Assembly: GCA_016932675.1 (NCBI GenBank)
Contig: JAFGCK010000053.1
Location: 4,748 to 68,747, forward strand
Length of the DNA stretch: 64,000 bases
Direction: 5' to 3'
DNA from: Methanosarcinaceae archaeon
GTDB lineage: Archaea; Halobacteriota; Methanosarcinia; Methanosarcinales; Methanosarcinaceae
Part shown: positions 21,159-31,900 of the stretch, in pieces
Layout: each line of letters begins with the position of its first letter
Position numbering within the stretch: position 1 is the first letter of the stretch
Position numbers and translations under genes: made by a program
The notes under the pieces: model-generated
The model's input: the letters and a program-made list of their open reading frames with translations, nothing else
Databases searched by the model: none
Told to the model about the DNA's origin: nothing

Positions 21159-22883
21159 TCATTCTATCCTGAAAAGAGAAACAAAATCCTTTATATGCCT
21201 GGTGTTCACCACATCCTGTGGTTCTATCCATGCACGCCGGGCCACATCAATACCATATCTGATGTTATTGAAATTGTCAAGTCGGTGCGTATCAGTGTTT
21301 ATTGCCAGCCAGACCCCCATCTTCCTTGCCATCCCTGCATTTATATCATTGAGGTCCAGGCGCGAGGGGGACGAGTTGATTTCAATTGCCTTATCGTTAT
21401 CAAGGGCAGCCTGGAGCACTTTTTCCATATCGACATCATAAGCTTCCCTTTTTCCGAACTTCCTTCCGGTGGGGTGGGCGAGGATATCCACGTGTTCGTT
21501 CTCAAGTGCTGATACAATACGTTTTGTCATTGTCTTCCTGTCCTGGTCAAGGCCGGCATGTACGGCAGCTATTACTATATCCAGCTCTTGCAGGACCCTG
21601 TCACTGTAGTCAAGTTTTCCACCGGGTCTGATGTCACACTCGGTGCCTGATAGAAGTCTGATCCCCTCAAATTTCTCATCTATACTGCTGACAGCTTTTG
21701 TATGTTCAAGTAACCTTTTTTCCGAAAGGCCGCCGGCTATGGCTGTGGAATGGGAATGGTCCGTGATGGCAATGTACTCGTATCCTCTTTCAAGGGCACT
21801 CAGGGCAAGATCTTCAATACTGTCCTCTCCGTCACTCCAGTTTGAGTGGACGTGAAGGTCGCCTTTTATGTCCTCTACTTCAATAAGTTTTGGCAGCCTC
21901 TTCTGCATACCGGCTTCTATCTCTCCCCGGTCCTCTCTGAGTTCGGGCACAGGGAACTCAAGTCCGAGATGATCATAGACCTGTTTTTCCTCTGCACATC
22001 TTTTGATAACATTGGTGGCAATGTCCGTAAAGCCATATTCATTAAGCTTGTAGCCCTTTTCAAGTGCCAGTTTGCGCAGGTGTATGTTGTGCTCCTTCGA
22101 GCCGGTGAAGTGCTGCAACAATGTGCCAAAAGATTCTTCAGGAACAATACGAAGATCGACCCTTATCTTATTATCATAGAGAACAGAGCTTAATGTATTC
22201 CCTTCTTCAATGACCTCTGTCACTTTCTGAAGGTGCAGGAACCCATCCATTGCTTTTGCCGGCACATCTGAGAGTGCAATAAGGTCAATATCCTTTACAG
22301 TTTCCTTTCTCCTCCTGATGCTCCCGGCAGCAATGACCTTCTTTATAAAAGGGAATGCTCTCAGCTGCTCCTTGATCTCTTCTGTGATGGGGTCTGCAGT
22401 TGCCAGCGGTGTCCTGCCAGGCTCGCCGCTGCTCTGATAACGCTGTACAGACCGTAATATCTTCTCTTCCTGTTTTGGTCCCATACGTGAAAGCCTTCGG
22501 ATACGATGCTCTATCGCGGCTTTCAAAAGTCCATCCACGGACCTGATATCCAGCTTTTCGTAAAGCAATTTTGCAGTCTTAGGACCTATGCCGGGGATAT
22601 CCAGGATCCCGAATATTCCGGGAGGGACTTCCGCTGCCGTTCTTTCATACGCCTTGAAAGTGCCTGTATCCAGTATCTCCCTGACCTTCTCCCGAATGGC
22701 TCCTCCGACACCGGGTATTTCAGACAGACGGTCCCGGCGGTACATTTCCCCAATGTCTTCTCCGAGTCCCCTGATGTTCCTCGCAGCCCTTTCATATGCC
22801 TTGGCCTTGAAAGGGTTCTCTCCTTTGAATTCAAGTAATAAGGCCATTTTGCTGAGTATTGCCGCAACCCCGGAATTATCCAT
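21159..22883 (-). CDS. polX: DNA polymerase X / PHP 3'-5' exonuclease
   Basis: 574 aa; GSIRRRKETVKDID, QHFTGSKEHN, DLHVHSNWSDG, TDHS, NTDTH. Confidence 0.93.
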   Translation of the reverse strand: MDNSGVAAILSKMALLLEFKGENPFKAKAYERAARNIRGLGEDIGEMYRRDRLSEIPGVGGAIREKVREILDTGTFKAYERTAAEVPPGIFGILDIPGIGPKTAKLLYEKLDIRSVDGLLKAAIEHRIRRLSRMGPKQEEKILRSVQRYQSSGEPGRTPLATADPITEEIKEQLRAFPFIKKVIAAGSIRRRKETVKDIDLIALSDVPAKAMDGFLHLQKVTEVIEEGNTLSSVLYDNKIRVDLRIVPEESFGTLLQHFTGSKEHNIHLRKLALEKGYKLNEYGFTDIATNVIKRCAEEKQVYDHLGLEFPVPELREDRGEIEAGMQKRLPKLIEVEDIKGDLHVHSNWSDGEDSIEDLALSALERGYEYIAITDHSHSTAIAGGLSEKRLLEHTKAVSSIDEKFEGIRLLSGTECDIRPGGKLDYSDRVLQELDIVIAAVHAGLDQDRKTMTKRIVSALENEHVDILAHPTGRKFGKREAYDVDMEKVLQAALDNDKAIEINSSPSRLDLNDINAGMARKMGVWLAINTDTHRLDNFNNIRYGIDVARRAWIEPQDVVNTRHIKDFVSLFRIE

Positions 22884-22922
22884 TGTAAGCGCTCCCTGTA
22901 AAGGACCATCTTTTCAGGGTCT

Positions 22923-23588
22923 TCAATCTTTTTGTTCTCTGATGGCTTTTTCAACTGTCTTTTTGTGTATCTCGGCGGATTTGTGGATGCCTCCAAGAGT
23001 TCCCCTTACAGCCCGGCAGGGGTACTGCTGTATAAGCAGGCCTGCCCTGGCAGGTGCATCTTCTACCTTTGTTCCGATCAGTTTCTCTGCCATGTGCCAC
23101 GTACTTCCGCATGGTGCTCCGCGGAGGACATGAACTGCGGATATCCGGCCTTCCCGGGTCTCGACCTCAATTTCCGGCCATGCAAGCTTTGAAGTAAAAT
23201 CTGATATTGCAGGATTGTCAGAAAGTGTGCAGCATATCTCTTCTATTTCTATGTACATGCCATATTGCCCTGCGATCTGTTCCAGTTCAAATACCGGGGC
23301 CTTTGCAGCACCTCCCGGTACGATCATTGCCTTTACTCCCTCCTTTCCTGCCCTGTGTGCGATGGCTACGGTAAGGTCCGGATGCAGGGAGTAGGTGACG
23401 AGTATATCAGACCTGAAAACAGCGTCATCAAGTTGTATTTTTTCAAGGAATGCATCCGGTTCGTCGATAAATCCGGGAAGTTTCTCTGGCAAGGATGCAG
23501 AAACAACATCAAGCCCGGTCTTCGAAATAATGGTGTCAATAAGCCTTTTACCATACTTGCCTCTGGTTATAACTCCGATTGTGCTCAT
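22923..23588 (-). CDS. DUF166-like archaeal protein
   Basis: GKYGKRLIDTI, YSLHPDL, APCGSTW, QQYPCRA, GGIH; ATG 23588 preferred. Confidence 0.75.
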   Translation of the reverse strand: MSTIGVITRGKYGKRLIDTIISKTGLDVVSASLPEKLPGFIDEPDAFLEKIQLDDAVFRSDILVTYSLHPDLTVAIAHRAGKEGVKAMIVPGGAAKAPVFELEQIAGQYGMYIEIEEICCTLSDNPAISDFTSKLAWPEIEVETREGRISAVHVLRGAPCGSTWHMAEKLIGTKVEDAPARAGLLIQQYPCRAVRGTLGGIHKSAEIHKKTVEKAIREQKD

Positions 23589-23685
23589 GCTTGATCTTTC
23601 CAAGGGGGAAGATTGTTCCATTTACTTAATATGTCTTGGCATTGGTTTTTATATTAATACTGTATATTTTATGTGAGGAGAAAAC

Positions 23686-23814
23686 ATGGACGAATACGAC
23701 TCTTCGAAGGTATATTTCAGGTGTAATGTTTGCGACCACATGTTCCAGGAAAACCCCGAGCGTTTCCCTGTAAGATGTGCCCAGTGCAGTTCTGAGGACG
23801 TTTCTCGTCTCTAG
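23686..23814 (+). CDS. 42-aa zinc-finger protein MDEYDSSKVYFRCNVCDHMFQENPERFPVRCAQCSSEDVSRL
   Basis: GAGGAG SD 5 nt upstream, two CxxC pairs; absent from ORF track. Confidence 0.75.
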   Translation: MDEYDSSKVYFRCNVCDHMFQENPERFPVRCAQCSSEDVSRL

Positions 23815-23868
23815 GCAGGCATGCCTGTACAAATAGGCTAAATATCATATACCCTCTTTCATTATTGC

Positions 23869-24474
23869 ATGTCTGCAAAGGGAAAGCTCATTACTCTGGA
23901 AGGAATTGACGGTTCAGGTAAATCCACTGTGGCAAAGCGTCTGGCTGAAAATCCACTATTTTCGGACTTTGTTTTCACCCGTGAACCCACCGGTAGCTGG
24001 ATAGGCGAGGCTGTGAATCGTGCCATCCACTCGGATACGGACCATCTGGCAGAGCTTTTGCTCTTTGCCGCAGATCACGCTGAGCACATATCAAAGCTGA
24101 TCCGCCCCTCGCTCGAGAGTGGAAAGAACGTTGTATCAGACCGCTACTCTGCAAGCCGTTATGCGTATCAGGGCATGACACTTGCAGGCAGGTTCGATGA
24201 TCCCTTGAAATGGATCCAGGATATTCACAGGGGATGGACAATAAAGCCTGATCTTATAATATTTTTCGATATTGACCCCGGGATCGCAGTCTCAAGATGT
24301 GGCAAGCGTGGCGACAGGACCAAATTCGAGAAGATCGTTTTTCTGGAGGGTGTCCGGGAGAACTATCTCCGCCTCGTGGAGGAGGATCCGGATTCATTTG
24401 TATTGATCGATGCCAGGAGAAGCATAGACGATAATGAAAAGGAAGTTGTTGACATTATACAATCTTTTCTCTGA
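23869..24474 (+). CDS. tmk: Thymidylate kinase
   Basis: 201 aa; LEGIDGSGKST, TREP, DRYSASRYAYQG. Confidence 0.95.
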   Translation: MSAKGKLITLEGIDGSGKSTVAKRLAENPLFSDFVFTREPTGSWIGEAVNRAIHSDTDHLAELLLFAADHAEHISKLIRPSLESGKNVVSDRYSASRYAYQGMTLAGRFDDPLKWIQDIHRGWTIKPDLIIFFDIDPGIAVSRCGKRGDRTKFEKIVFLEGVRENYLRLVEEDPDSFVLIDARRSIDDNEKEVVDIIQSFL

Positions 24475-24698
24475 AAATATCATATGGTAAAAACACTCTT
24501 ATATGGTAAAAAACATCCCTACTTATGTTATTTTTTATTACTGTTGTTTCTTAGTTTATATGTATAAAAAAACTCTTAATCTATGATCTATATATTATCT
24601 TTAATTATAGTTATGTCGACACTATGGAGTTATGCCGACTCAATGATCTATATAACCTGTTCCAACTGCGGCCGGAACATAATGGGTGTGGGTAAAAG

Positions 24699-26915
24699 AT
24701 GACGGTTCAGGATGTTGTACAGAATGCACCTGCAGGGATATTCATTGCAGATAAGAATGATGATCTGACCGCTTTCAACAGATCGATGGAGTCGATAACA
24801 GGTCTTCTGGCAGATGAGGTTATGGGAAGGGATATGCTGCCTGTCCTTCGAGATATGGTCCAGGAAGGTGATCCCGGTCTGGATGAATTGTTCCGGGAAA
24901 CAAAAAGATCGCTTTCCCGGGTATCCAGGCAGGACGTGCCGTTGATCACAGCTGACGGGGAGCTGGAATACCATTCAATATCGTTAGTACCGTTAGTTGA
25001 TAAAAGAGGTAATTACGATGGTATGATAGGTTATGTTCAAAAAACCTGTGATCATGGTTTCAGCGAAAAAGGCCTTCTTGACAAGATCGCCAATGCAAGG
25101 AAAAAAGCATCCATCCTCATGTACATTCCTGTGATCGTTTTCAGATTGTCATCTGAAAGCGGCTGGCCTGTCCTGTTCGTATCTGAAAATATATCCCAGC
25201 TGGGTTACTCAAAAGAGGAGTTCGGGTCGGGAGCTTTCAGGTATATAGACATCGTCCATCCTGACGACAGGGGAAAATTAGTCTCAGATGTCAGCAGATT
25301 TGAAAGAACTGACGAGGTCTATTTCTCAGGGGACTACCGGCTTTTAAGCAGATCAGGAGATACCATCTGGGTCAATGAATTCTCCCTGCTCAAAAAAGAA
25401 GGGGATATGACATATAGACATGAAGGAATAATTATCGATATCACAGAACGGAAAAGGGCAGAAACTTTCCTGAAAGCTGAACATGAGGGTCTTGATAAAA
25501 TAGCTTCAGGCATGGGAGTTGGCCTGGCCGTGATCTCCCGGGATTTTCGTACCGTTTGGGCCAATGATGTTCTCAAAGAGATCTTTGGTGATGTTGAGAA
25601 CAGACTTTGCTATGAGGTTTACAACAAGCGTCAGGCTATTTGTGAGAAATGTGCAGTTAAGGCGGTTTTTGAAGATCGGCTTGACAGGTCTGTCACTGAA
25701 CAGCATGGCATTGACAGGGAAGGAAAGCCCATCTGGTCACAGATAGTTGCAACTCCCTTAAAGGATAATGATGGGAACATAACGGCTGCAATGGAGGCAG
25801 TAGTGCCCATTACAGAAAGAAAACAGAGGGAGATCGATCTCAAAGAGAGCAAGGCAAGGATCGAAAGCATATTGAGGTCTGCTCCTGTGGGTATAGGCGT
25901 CATTAGGAATAGCATACTTGAGGAGGTTAACGACAGGTGTTGCGAGATACTCGGTTATTCAAGGGAAGAACTGATCGGCCAGAGCACACGGATGTTCTTT
26001 GAAATGGAGACTGAACATAATGATGTGGGATCTATTCTCAGGTCCGGGATAAAAAAACATTCTGTCGGCACAGTAGAAACCCGGGCAAAGCGCAAGGACG
26101 GGTGCATCATTGATCTTTTGATAAGTGCTACACCGATCTATCCCGGTGAAACTTCTAAAGGTATCAGTTTTACAATAATGGACATAACTGAAACTAAAAG
26201 GAATGAGAAGGAGATCCAAAAGCATACCCTTGAACTGGAACAGCTCGATCATCTGAAAGACCTGTTCTCAGATATCATCCGTCACGATCTTTTGAACCCC
26301 GCCGGCACAATCAAGGGTTATGCGGAAATATTGGAAGATCTTGAGGAAGATGCTGAAAAGCTTCATCTTTTACATATGATACAGGATAGTAATAAGAGAC
26401 TCATCGATCTTATTGAGAATGCTTCGAAGTATGAAAAGCTGAACTCTTTAGATGAGCTTGACTACCTGGAAAGCGATCTTGTCGGAATTTTCGAGAATGT
26501 GATCATGGAATTCGAACAGCCTTTGAAAGAAAAGAACATACGCGTGGTTCTTTCTTCTGATGGTCCATGTGTCTATGCGGTGAACCCTCTTGTAAGTGAG
26601 GTGTTTGCAAACCTGCTTTCCAATGCTATAAAATACGGTCCTGAAGGTGAAAAGATAAGCATTGCTTTCCATGAACATGAAAACACCTGCAAGGTAACGG
26701 TCGCAGACCAGGGGGATGGCATCCCGGACGATGATAAGTCCTTTGTTTTCGATCGTTTCAAACGTCTTGATAAGAAAGGTGTCAAGGGCACAGGCCTAGG
26801 ACTTGCCATCGTAAAGCGTATAATGGAATTACATGGCGGAAATTATGGAGTGGAGAACAATCCGGAAGGAAAAGGTAGTGTTTTCTGGGTCACATTCAGA
26901 AAGGTTCCTGTGTGA
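24699..26915 (+). CDS. Cytoplasmic multi-PAS sensor histidine kinase
   Basis: 738 aa; several PAS/PAC repeats, H-box RHDLLNP, NLLSNAIKY, DQGDGI, GTGLGL; no TM seen. Confidence 0.92.
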   Translation: MTVQDVVQNAPAGIFIADKNDDLTAFNRSMESITGLLADEVMGRDMLPVLRDMVQEGDPGLDELFRETKRSLSRVSRQDVPLITADGELEYHSISLVPLVDKRGNYDGMIGYVQKTCDHGFSEKGLLDKIANARKKASILMYIPVIVFRLSSESGWPVLFVSENISQLGYSKEEFGSGAFRYIDIVHPDDRGKLVSDVSRFERTDEVYFSGDYRLLSRSGDTIWVNEFSLLKKEGDMTYRHEGIIIDITERKRAETFLKAEHEGLDKIASGMGVGLAVISRDFRTVWANDVLKEIFGDVENRLCYEVYNKRQAICEKCAVKAVFEDRLDRSVTEQHGIDREGKPIWSQIVATPLKDNDGNITAAMEAVVPITERKQREIDLKESKARIESILRSAPVGIGVIRNSILEEVNDRCCEILGYSREELIGQSTRMFFEMETEHNDVGSILRSGIKKHSVGTVETRAKRKDGCIIDLLISATPIYPGETSKGISFTIMDITETKRNEKEIQKHTLELEQLDHLKDLFSDIIRHDLLNPAGTIKGYAEILEDLEEDAEKLHLLHMIQDSNKRLIDLIENASKYEKLNSLDELDYLESDLVGIFENVIMEFEQPLKEKNIRVVLSSDGPCVYAVNPLVSEVFANLLSNAIKYGPEGEKISIAFHEHENTCKVTVADQGDGIPDDDKSFVFDRFKRLDKKGVKGTGLGLAIVKRIMELHGGNYGVENNPEGKGSVFWVTFRKVPV

Positions 26916-26926
26916 CACGGATCAGT

Positions 26927-27160
26927 TCAAATCCCGTTCTGGTCGGCGAATTTGATGAGAGCTTCGCCAAGTATGCGTGTATATTTAGGGTTCAGGTTAA
27001 AACGCCCCTTCTTCTGCCCGCCTCTCTCCTTTGCGATCTCTATGTATTCATTATCGTATCGTTCACTTGAGGCAAGGCTTATTGTCAGGAACCAGCCGCC
27101 TCCCATCTTTATTTCTGCGTATCCTTCGCCTACTTCAATGATATCGTCGTTCTCTGCCAT
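26927..27160 (-). CDS. Small hypothetical protein (possible PC4/PUR-like fold)
   Basis: 77 aa, natural composition, co-oriented after the HisA-like gene. Confidence 0.65.
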   Translation of the reverse strand: MAENDDIIEVGEGYAEIKMGGGWFLTISLASSERYDNEYIEIAKERGGQKKGRFNLNPKYTRILGEALIKFADQNGI

Positions 27161-27185
27161 GCTTACACCATAATTCTATGTATTT

Positions 27186-27893
27186 TTACCTCACCATTTC
27201 CAGGGGTATCGATCCGTTGTGCAGTGCTGTTGCCACAATGGCTCCTTTGAGACCCGTTTTCTCAAGGGTCTCGATGTCCTCTACATTGCGGACTCCCCCG
27301 CCAAGGAGTACACTGTGCTTTGAGATGGAAACTATTTTACTTAATAATTGTGAATCTACGCCGCTTGATGTGCCAACCCTGTCAAGGTCGAGTATTATGA
27401 TGTCCTGAAGCTCCAGTTCGTTAAGTATGCTTACTATCTCGAAGGGGTCGTCTGGCATCTGCGGATCACGGGTGAGTATCCTGCCGTGTTTTTTATCAAT
27501 GCTCACCACCACGCGCCCGGGGTGTGCGGCAGCCACTTCCCGGATGGTATCCAGAGAGGCGGTTTCAGTTCCAAGGACAACGGTCTGGGCGATCTCCAGT
27601 ATGTCGTATGTTTCTGAAAGTGAACTTATTCCGGGGTCTATCATTGTCTTTGCCCTGCGGGCTATCTGTTCGATAAGCTCAAAGTTCTTTTCACGTTTGC
27701 CGATATCCTCCAGGATGTTCAGGTCGGCAATGTACACTTCCCGGGGTCTTATAGTTTCAACTACCTTTATGGGATCTGAACTGTTGCATATGCGGCTGGA
27801 AAAGTGGATGGGTTTGTACTCATGCCTGTTCCCGCCCTGTGCGTGCACAACCGTCCGGTTAAATATATCAAGAACTAAAAGGATACGAAACAT
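27186..27893 (-). CDS. HisA/HisF-related TIM-barrel protein
   Basis: VLDIFNRTVVHA, YIADLN, VLGTET, LDLDRVGT, LLGGGVR, IVATALH; ATG 27893 preferred. Confidence 0.85.
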   Translation of the reverse strand: MFRILLVLDIFNRTVVHAQGGNRHEYKPIHFSSRICNSSDPIKVVETIRPREVYIADLNILEDIGKREKNFELIEQIARRAKTMIDPGISSLSETYDILEIAQTVVLGTETASLDTIREVAAAHPGRVVVSIDKKHGRILTRDPQMPDDPFEIVSILNELELQDIIILDLDRVGTSSGVDSQLLSKIVSISKHSVLLGGGVRNVEDIETLEKTGLKGAIVATALHNGSIPLEMVR

Positions 27894-27936
27894 ATTTAAT
27901 CCATACATATGTCATGCTATAAAAAGAGGTTATACA

Positions 27937-28635
27937 ATGAAATTGCTCGTCAGTCCTATTAACCCCGAAGAGGCGATCGCAGCACACCACGGTGGCGCTG
28001 ACATTATTGATGTAAAGAACCCTAAAGAAGGTTCCTTGGGTGCCAATTTCCCATGGATCATAAGGTCTGTGAAAGAGGCCATAGGCACCAAGAAACCTAT
28101 CAGCGCGGCTATCGGGGACTTCGACTATAAGCCAGGTACCGCATCACTTGCAGCCCTGGGTGCTGCCGTTGCAGGCGCACAGTACATCAAGGTAGGGCTC
28201 TATAATGTACAGACCGAGGAGCAGGCTTTTGATATGCTCAGCAATATAACAAAGTCTGTCAAGGAGCTGGACCCTGAAAAGAAAGTTGTTGCGTGTGGTT
28301 ATTCCGACTACAAGAGGATAAACTCCATCTCACCGCTGCTGCTTCCGGCAATTGGTAAGCAGGCAGGTGTCGATGTAGTGATGGTCGACACAGGTATCAA
28401 GGACGGCCGTTCCACCTTTGAGTTCATGACCGAGGAAGAGCTGACCCTGTTCATAAGCGCTATCCGCGACCTGGGTCTTATGTCCGCGATTGCCGGTTCC
28501 CTGAAGTTCGAGGACCTTCCTATGCTCAAAAGTATCAACCCTGATATAATTGGCATACGCGGCATGGTCTGTGGAGGCGACCGGAATTCCTGCATACAGG
28601 AAGAACTGGTTGTCAAATTAAAGAATGCGATGTGA
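27937..28635 (+). CDS. mfnB: (5-formylfuran-3-yl)methyl phosphate synthase (methanofuran biosynthesis)
   Basis: MKLLVSP, DIIDVKNPKEGSLGA, YIKVGL, MVDTGIKDG; true start ATG 27937, track ORF over-extended to 27427. Confidence 0.92.
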   Translation: MKLLVSPINPEEAIAAHHGGADIIDVKNPKEGSLGANFPWIIRSVKEAIGTKKPISAAIGDFDYKPGTASLAALGAAVAGAQYIKVGLYNVQTEEQAFDMLSNITKSVKELDPEKKVVACGYSDYKRINSISPLLLPAIGKQAGVDVVMVDTGIKDGRSTFEFMTEEELTLFISAIRDLGLMSAIAGSLKFEDLPMLKSINPDIIGIRGMVCGGDRNSCIQEELVVKLKNAM

Positions 28636-28738
28636 GTATTCCTCCTCCTCCTTTCTGATATTTTTCCGCCATGTTCTTTACCCACCTGACCATTAATAAT
28701 TTAGCAGATGCTTTATACTTCTGCTGTGGTGATCCAGG

Positions 28739-30979
28739 TTGACAGAAGAGATAACCGTCAGTGTGGTGCAGGCGTATCCCCGTGATGTTGGAAGGGGCAT
28801 CGCAAGACTTGATAAGGACCTTATGCAAAGCATAGGGGTTATCAGCGGTGACATCGTTGAGATAGGTAACAGGGATAAATGCTATGCTATTGTCTGGCCT
28901 GGATTCCTTGACGATGCAGGTAAGGACATCATCAGGATAGACGGCAATCTCAGGAGTAATGCCAGGGTAGGAATAGACGACAGGGTCACTGTCCGCAAGG
29001 TCGCCGTCACAGAAGCCGAAAGGGTTGTCCTTGCCCCTGCCAGGGAAACACACCTTGTGGGTGGCGCCCGTTTCATACTCCGGATACTGGAAGGCCGTCC
29101 GATCGCAAAGGGGCACAGGATCCGGGTCGAGACCGTCAACAACCCTATCTCTTTTGTCGTGATGTCAACAAAACCAGCCGGCCCTGTGATAGTCAGCAGG
29201 AACACGCAGATCCAGCTTCGGGAAAGCACGGTGCTGCAGGAAGGTATGGAAGGCCAGATCACCTATGAGGATATAGGCGGGCTCAGGCGGGAGCTGGGAC
29301 TTGTGAGGGAGATGATCGAGCTGCCTCTGAAGCACCCGGAACTCTTCCAGAAACTTGCAATCGATCCGCCCAAGGGAGTTCTGCTCTTCGGTCCTCCCGG
29401 AACAGGCAAGACCATGATAGCAAGGGCAGTTGCAAGTGAGACCGACGCCAATTTCACCTCCGTGAGCGGTCCGGAGATCGTCTCAAAGTACTACGGTGAG
29501 AGTGAACAGAAACTACGGGAAATATTTGAGGAAGCTGAAAAGAACGCTCCATCCATAATCTTTATCGATGAGATCGATTCCATAGCCCCCAAGCGTGATG
29601 AGGTTGTGGGGGAAATGGAGCGCAGGGTAGTTGCACAACTGCTGTCCCTGATGGACGGCCTTGCCTCCAGGGGTAAGGTCATCGTGATCGCCGCAACCAA
29701 CCGCCCGAATTCCATTGATGAGGCCCTGCGCCGTGGCGGACGCTTCGACAGGGAGATCGAGGTGGGTATCCCAGATGCTGAAGGCAGGTTGCAGATACTC
29801 TTTGTCCACACCCGGGGCATGCCGCTTGAAGATGACCCGGGTCTTGAGGAAATTGCGGGTATGACTCATGGTTTTGTGGGTGCTGACATATCCTACCTGT
29901 GCAAGGAGGCTGCAATGCATGCCCTCAGGCGTATGCTTCCTGAACTTAAGATGGATGATGAGGAGGATGAGATCCCTCCTGAATTCATGGAAAAGCTCAT
30001 TGTTACAAGGAAGGACTTCGATGATGCCCTGAAGAACATCGAGCCATCTGCCATGCGCGAGGTCTTTGTGGAAGTCCCTTCAGTTAAATGGGATGATATC
30101 GGCGGGCTGGAATATGCCAAACAGGAGCTGTCCGAAGCTGTGGAATGGCCTCTGAGGTTCCCTGAGATTTTCGATGCCGTGGGTACAAGACCGCCAAGGG
30201 GCATCATGCTATTTGGTCCCCCGGGTACTGGCAAGACAATGCTTGCAAAGGCCGTGGCCACCGAAAGTGAGGCGAATTTCATATGTATAAAGGGTCCTGA
30301 ACTGCTAAGCAAGTATATCGGGGAATCCGAACGCGCTGTCCGTGAGACCTTCCGAAAGGCTAAACAGGCATCTCCTGCCGTGATCTTCTTTGATGAGATA
30401 GATGCAATGGCCTATGAACGCGGTTCAAGCATAGATTCCCATGTAAGCGAGCGTGTGGTAAGCCAGATACTCACAGAGATCGATGGTGTGGAAGAGCTGA
30501 AGGATGTTGTCATAGTAGCAGCCACCAATCGGCCGGATATAGTGGATCCTGCCCTGCTGCGCCCGGGTCGCTTCGACAGGCTCATCTATGTGCGCCCTCC
30601 TGACAAAAAGAGCAGGGAAAAGATCTTCAGGATACACCTGAACAGTAAGCCTCTTGCAGATGATGTGGATGCCCGTGAGCTTTCAGAGATGACCGAAGGC
30701 TATGTAGGCGCAGATATCGAAGCGATCTGCCGTGAAGCCTCCATGCTGGCCCTGCGTGAGCTTGTCACACCTGGCATAGGCCGTGAAGAGGTAAAGGCAA
30801 GGATCAAAGGCATAAAGATAACATCCGATCACTTCCGCAAGGCGGCAAAGCGCGTAAAGCCCACCACATCACGCACCACAATGGGCTTCTATGAGCAGGC
30901 ATCCGAGGCTTTCGCGAGGTATGCGGCCAACGAGCAGGAACGGGCTATGGACCTGGATGGCGGGAAGGGGTATCAGTGA
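28739..30979 (+). CDS. cdc48: CDC48/VAT family AAA ATPase
   Basis: 746 aa; N-domain [12 protein letters not shown], two AAA modules (GPPGTGKT twice, RFDR twice). Confidence 0.95.
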   Translation: MTEEITVSVVQAYPRDVGRGIARLDKDLMQSIGVISGDIVEIGNRDKCYAIVWPGFLDDAGKDIIRIDGNLRSNARVGIDDRVTVRKVAVTEAERVVLAPARETHLVGGARFILRILEGRPIAKGHRIRVETVNNPISFVVMSTKPAGPVIVSRNTQIQLRESTVLQEGMEGQITYEDIGGLRRELGLVREMIELPLKHPELFQKLAIDPPKGVLLFGPPGTGKTMIARAVASETDANFTSVSGPEIVSKYYGESEQKLREIFEEAEKNAPSIIFIDEIDSIAPKRDEVVGEMERRVVAQLLSLMDGLASRGKVIVIAATNRPNSIDEALRRGGRFDREIEVGIPDAEGRLQILFVHTRGMPLEDDPGLEEIAGMTHGFVGADISYLCKEAAMHALRRMLPELKMDDEEDEIPPEFMEKLIVTRKDFDDALKNIEPSAMREVFVEVPSVKWDDIGGLEYAKQELSEAVEWPLRFPEIFDAVGTRPPRGIMLFGPPGTGKTMLAKAVATESEANFICIKGPELLSKYIGESERAVRETFRKAKQASPAVIFFDEIDAMAYERGSSIDSHVSERVVSQILTEIDGVEELKDVVIVAATNRPDIVDPALLRPGRFDRLIYVRPPDKKSREKIFRIHLNSKPLADDVDARELSEMTEGYVGADIEAICREASMLALRELVTPGIGREEVKARIKGIKITSDHFRKAAKRVKPTTSRTTMGFYEQASEAFARYAANEQERAMDLDGGKGYQ

Positions 30980-31120
30980 TCCTGATGACGTGTTTTGCGT
31001 CGGAGCCCGCAATATCCTCCTGAACTAGCAAAAATACTTAACTCCTGCATACACATTATAAATGGCATGTAATGGCGGAATATCTTTCGTAATAGCCTGT
31101 TACCGTATAAGGGGAATTGT

Positions 31121-31831
31121 ATGTTAAGACAGCGTTTTGTTCTGGATACCACTGCACTGACCGACCTGAATGCCAGGGAGAAGATGGGCGTAGAAAGCAT
31201 GTGCGACGGAATGCGTACGATCCTGGAGCTAATAGCTTCTGCAAGGCTGCAGCTGGGCATCAGTTGCTATGTACCTTTTCCTTCAGTGTACAATGAGCTG
31301 AGGGAGTTTGCGCAGAACAACGTATGTGATCAGGATGTTATAGCAAAGATCGACACATGGCTTGTGAAGAAGGCTCCTGACAGATATAACGTGCAGATCC
31401 CTTCCAAGGTATTCCACGAGTATGTCTCCTATATGCGGGAGCGCATCAATAAAGGGATGAGCATTGCAGAAGAGACCATCTGGGATTCTTCCACCGACTG
31501 CCTGTTAATTACCACCAAGGCAGATGATAAGAAGGATATAGATGCTGATATCGAAAGGAAGGTCATTGGAGGGTATATCGGCAAGTTCAGGAACAAGTAC
31601 CGTTCAGCCCTGCGTTACGGCATACTTGACAGTGCTCCTGATATTGATGTGCTCATACTTGCAAAGGAGCTGGACGCTGCAGTCGTTGCGAGCGATTTCG
31701 GGATACAGAAATGGGCCGAGGAACTGGGGGTCCGCTTTGTTCCGGCGAGTACTTTCCCGATGATCCTGCAGGAGTATCTGGAACATTCATCGTTAGCAAC
31801 CATCCTTTCTGTGGGAGACTCGGAAGTTTAA
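31121..31831 (+). CDS. PIN-like RNA-free RNase P homolog (HARP / UPF0278)
   Basis: 236 aa; [44 protein letters not shown]. Confidence 0.85.
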   Translation: MLRQRFVLDTTALTDLNAREKMGVESMCDGMRTILELIASARLQLGISCYVPFPSVYNELREFAQNNVCDQDVIAKIDTWLVKKAPDRYNVQIPSKVFHEYVSYMRERINKGMSIAEETIWDSSTDCLLITTKADDKKDIDADIERKVIGGYIGKFRNKYRSALRYGILDSAPDIDVLILAKELDAAVVASDFGIQKWAEELGVRFVPASTFPMILQEYLEHSSLATILSVGDSEV

Positions 31832-31900
31832 ATTCTCAGGCCGTCATATTGTATTATTGTAGCTATCAGAACATATGAATTTGTTTATGGGGGTACATCT

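Noticed and set aside
27427-27936. N-terminal 170-aa extension of mfnB in the ORF track
   Set aside because: Antisense to the HisA-like gene; MfnB homology and the SD start at 27937
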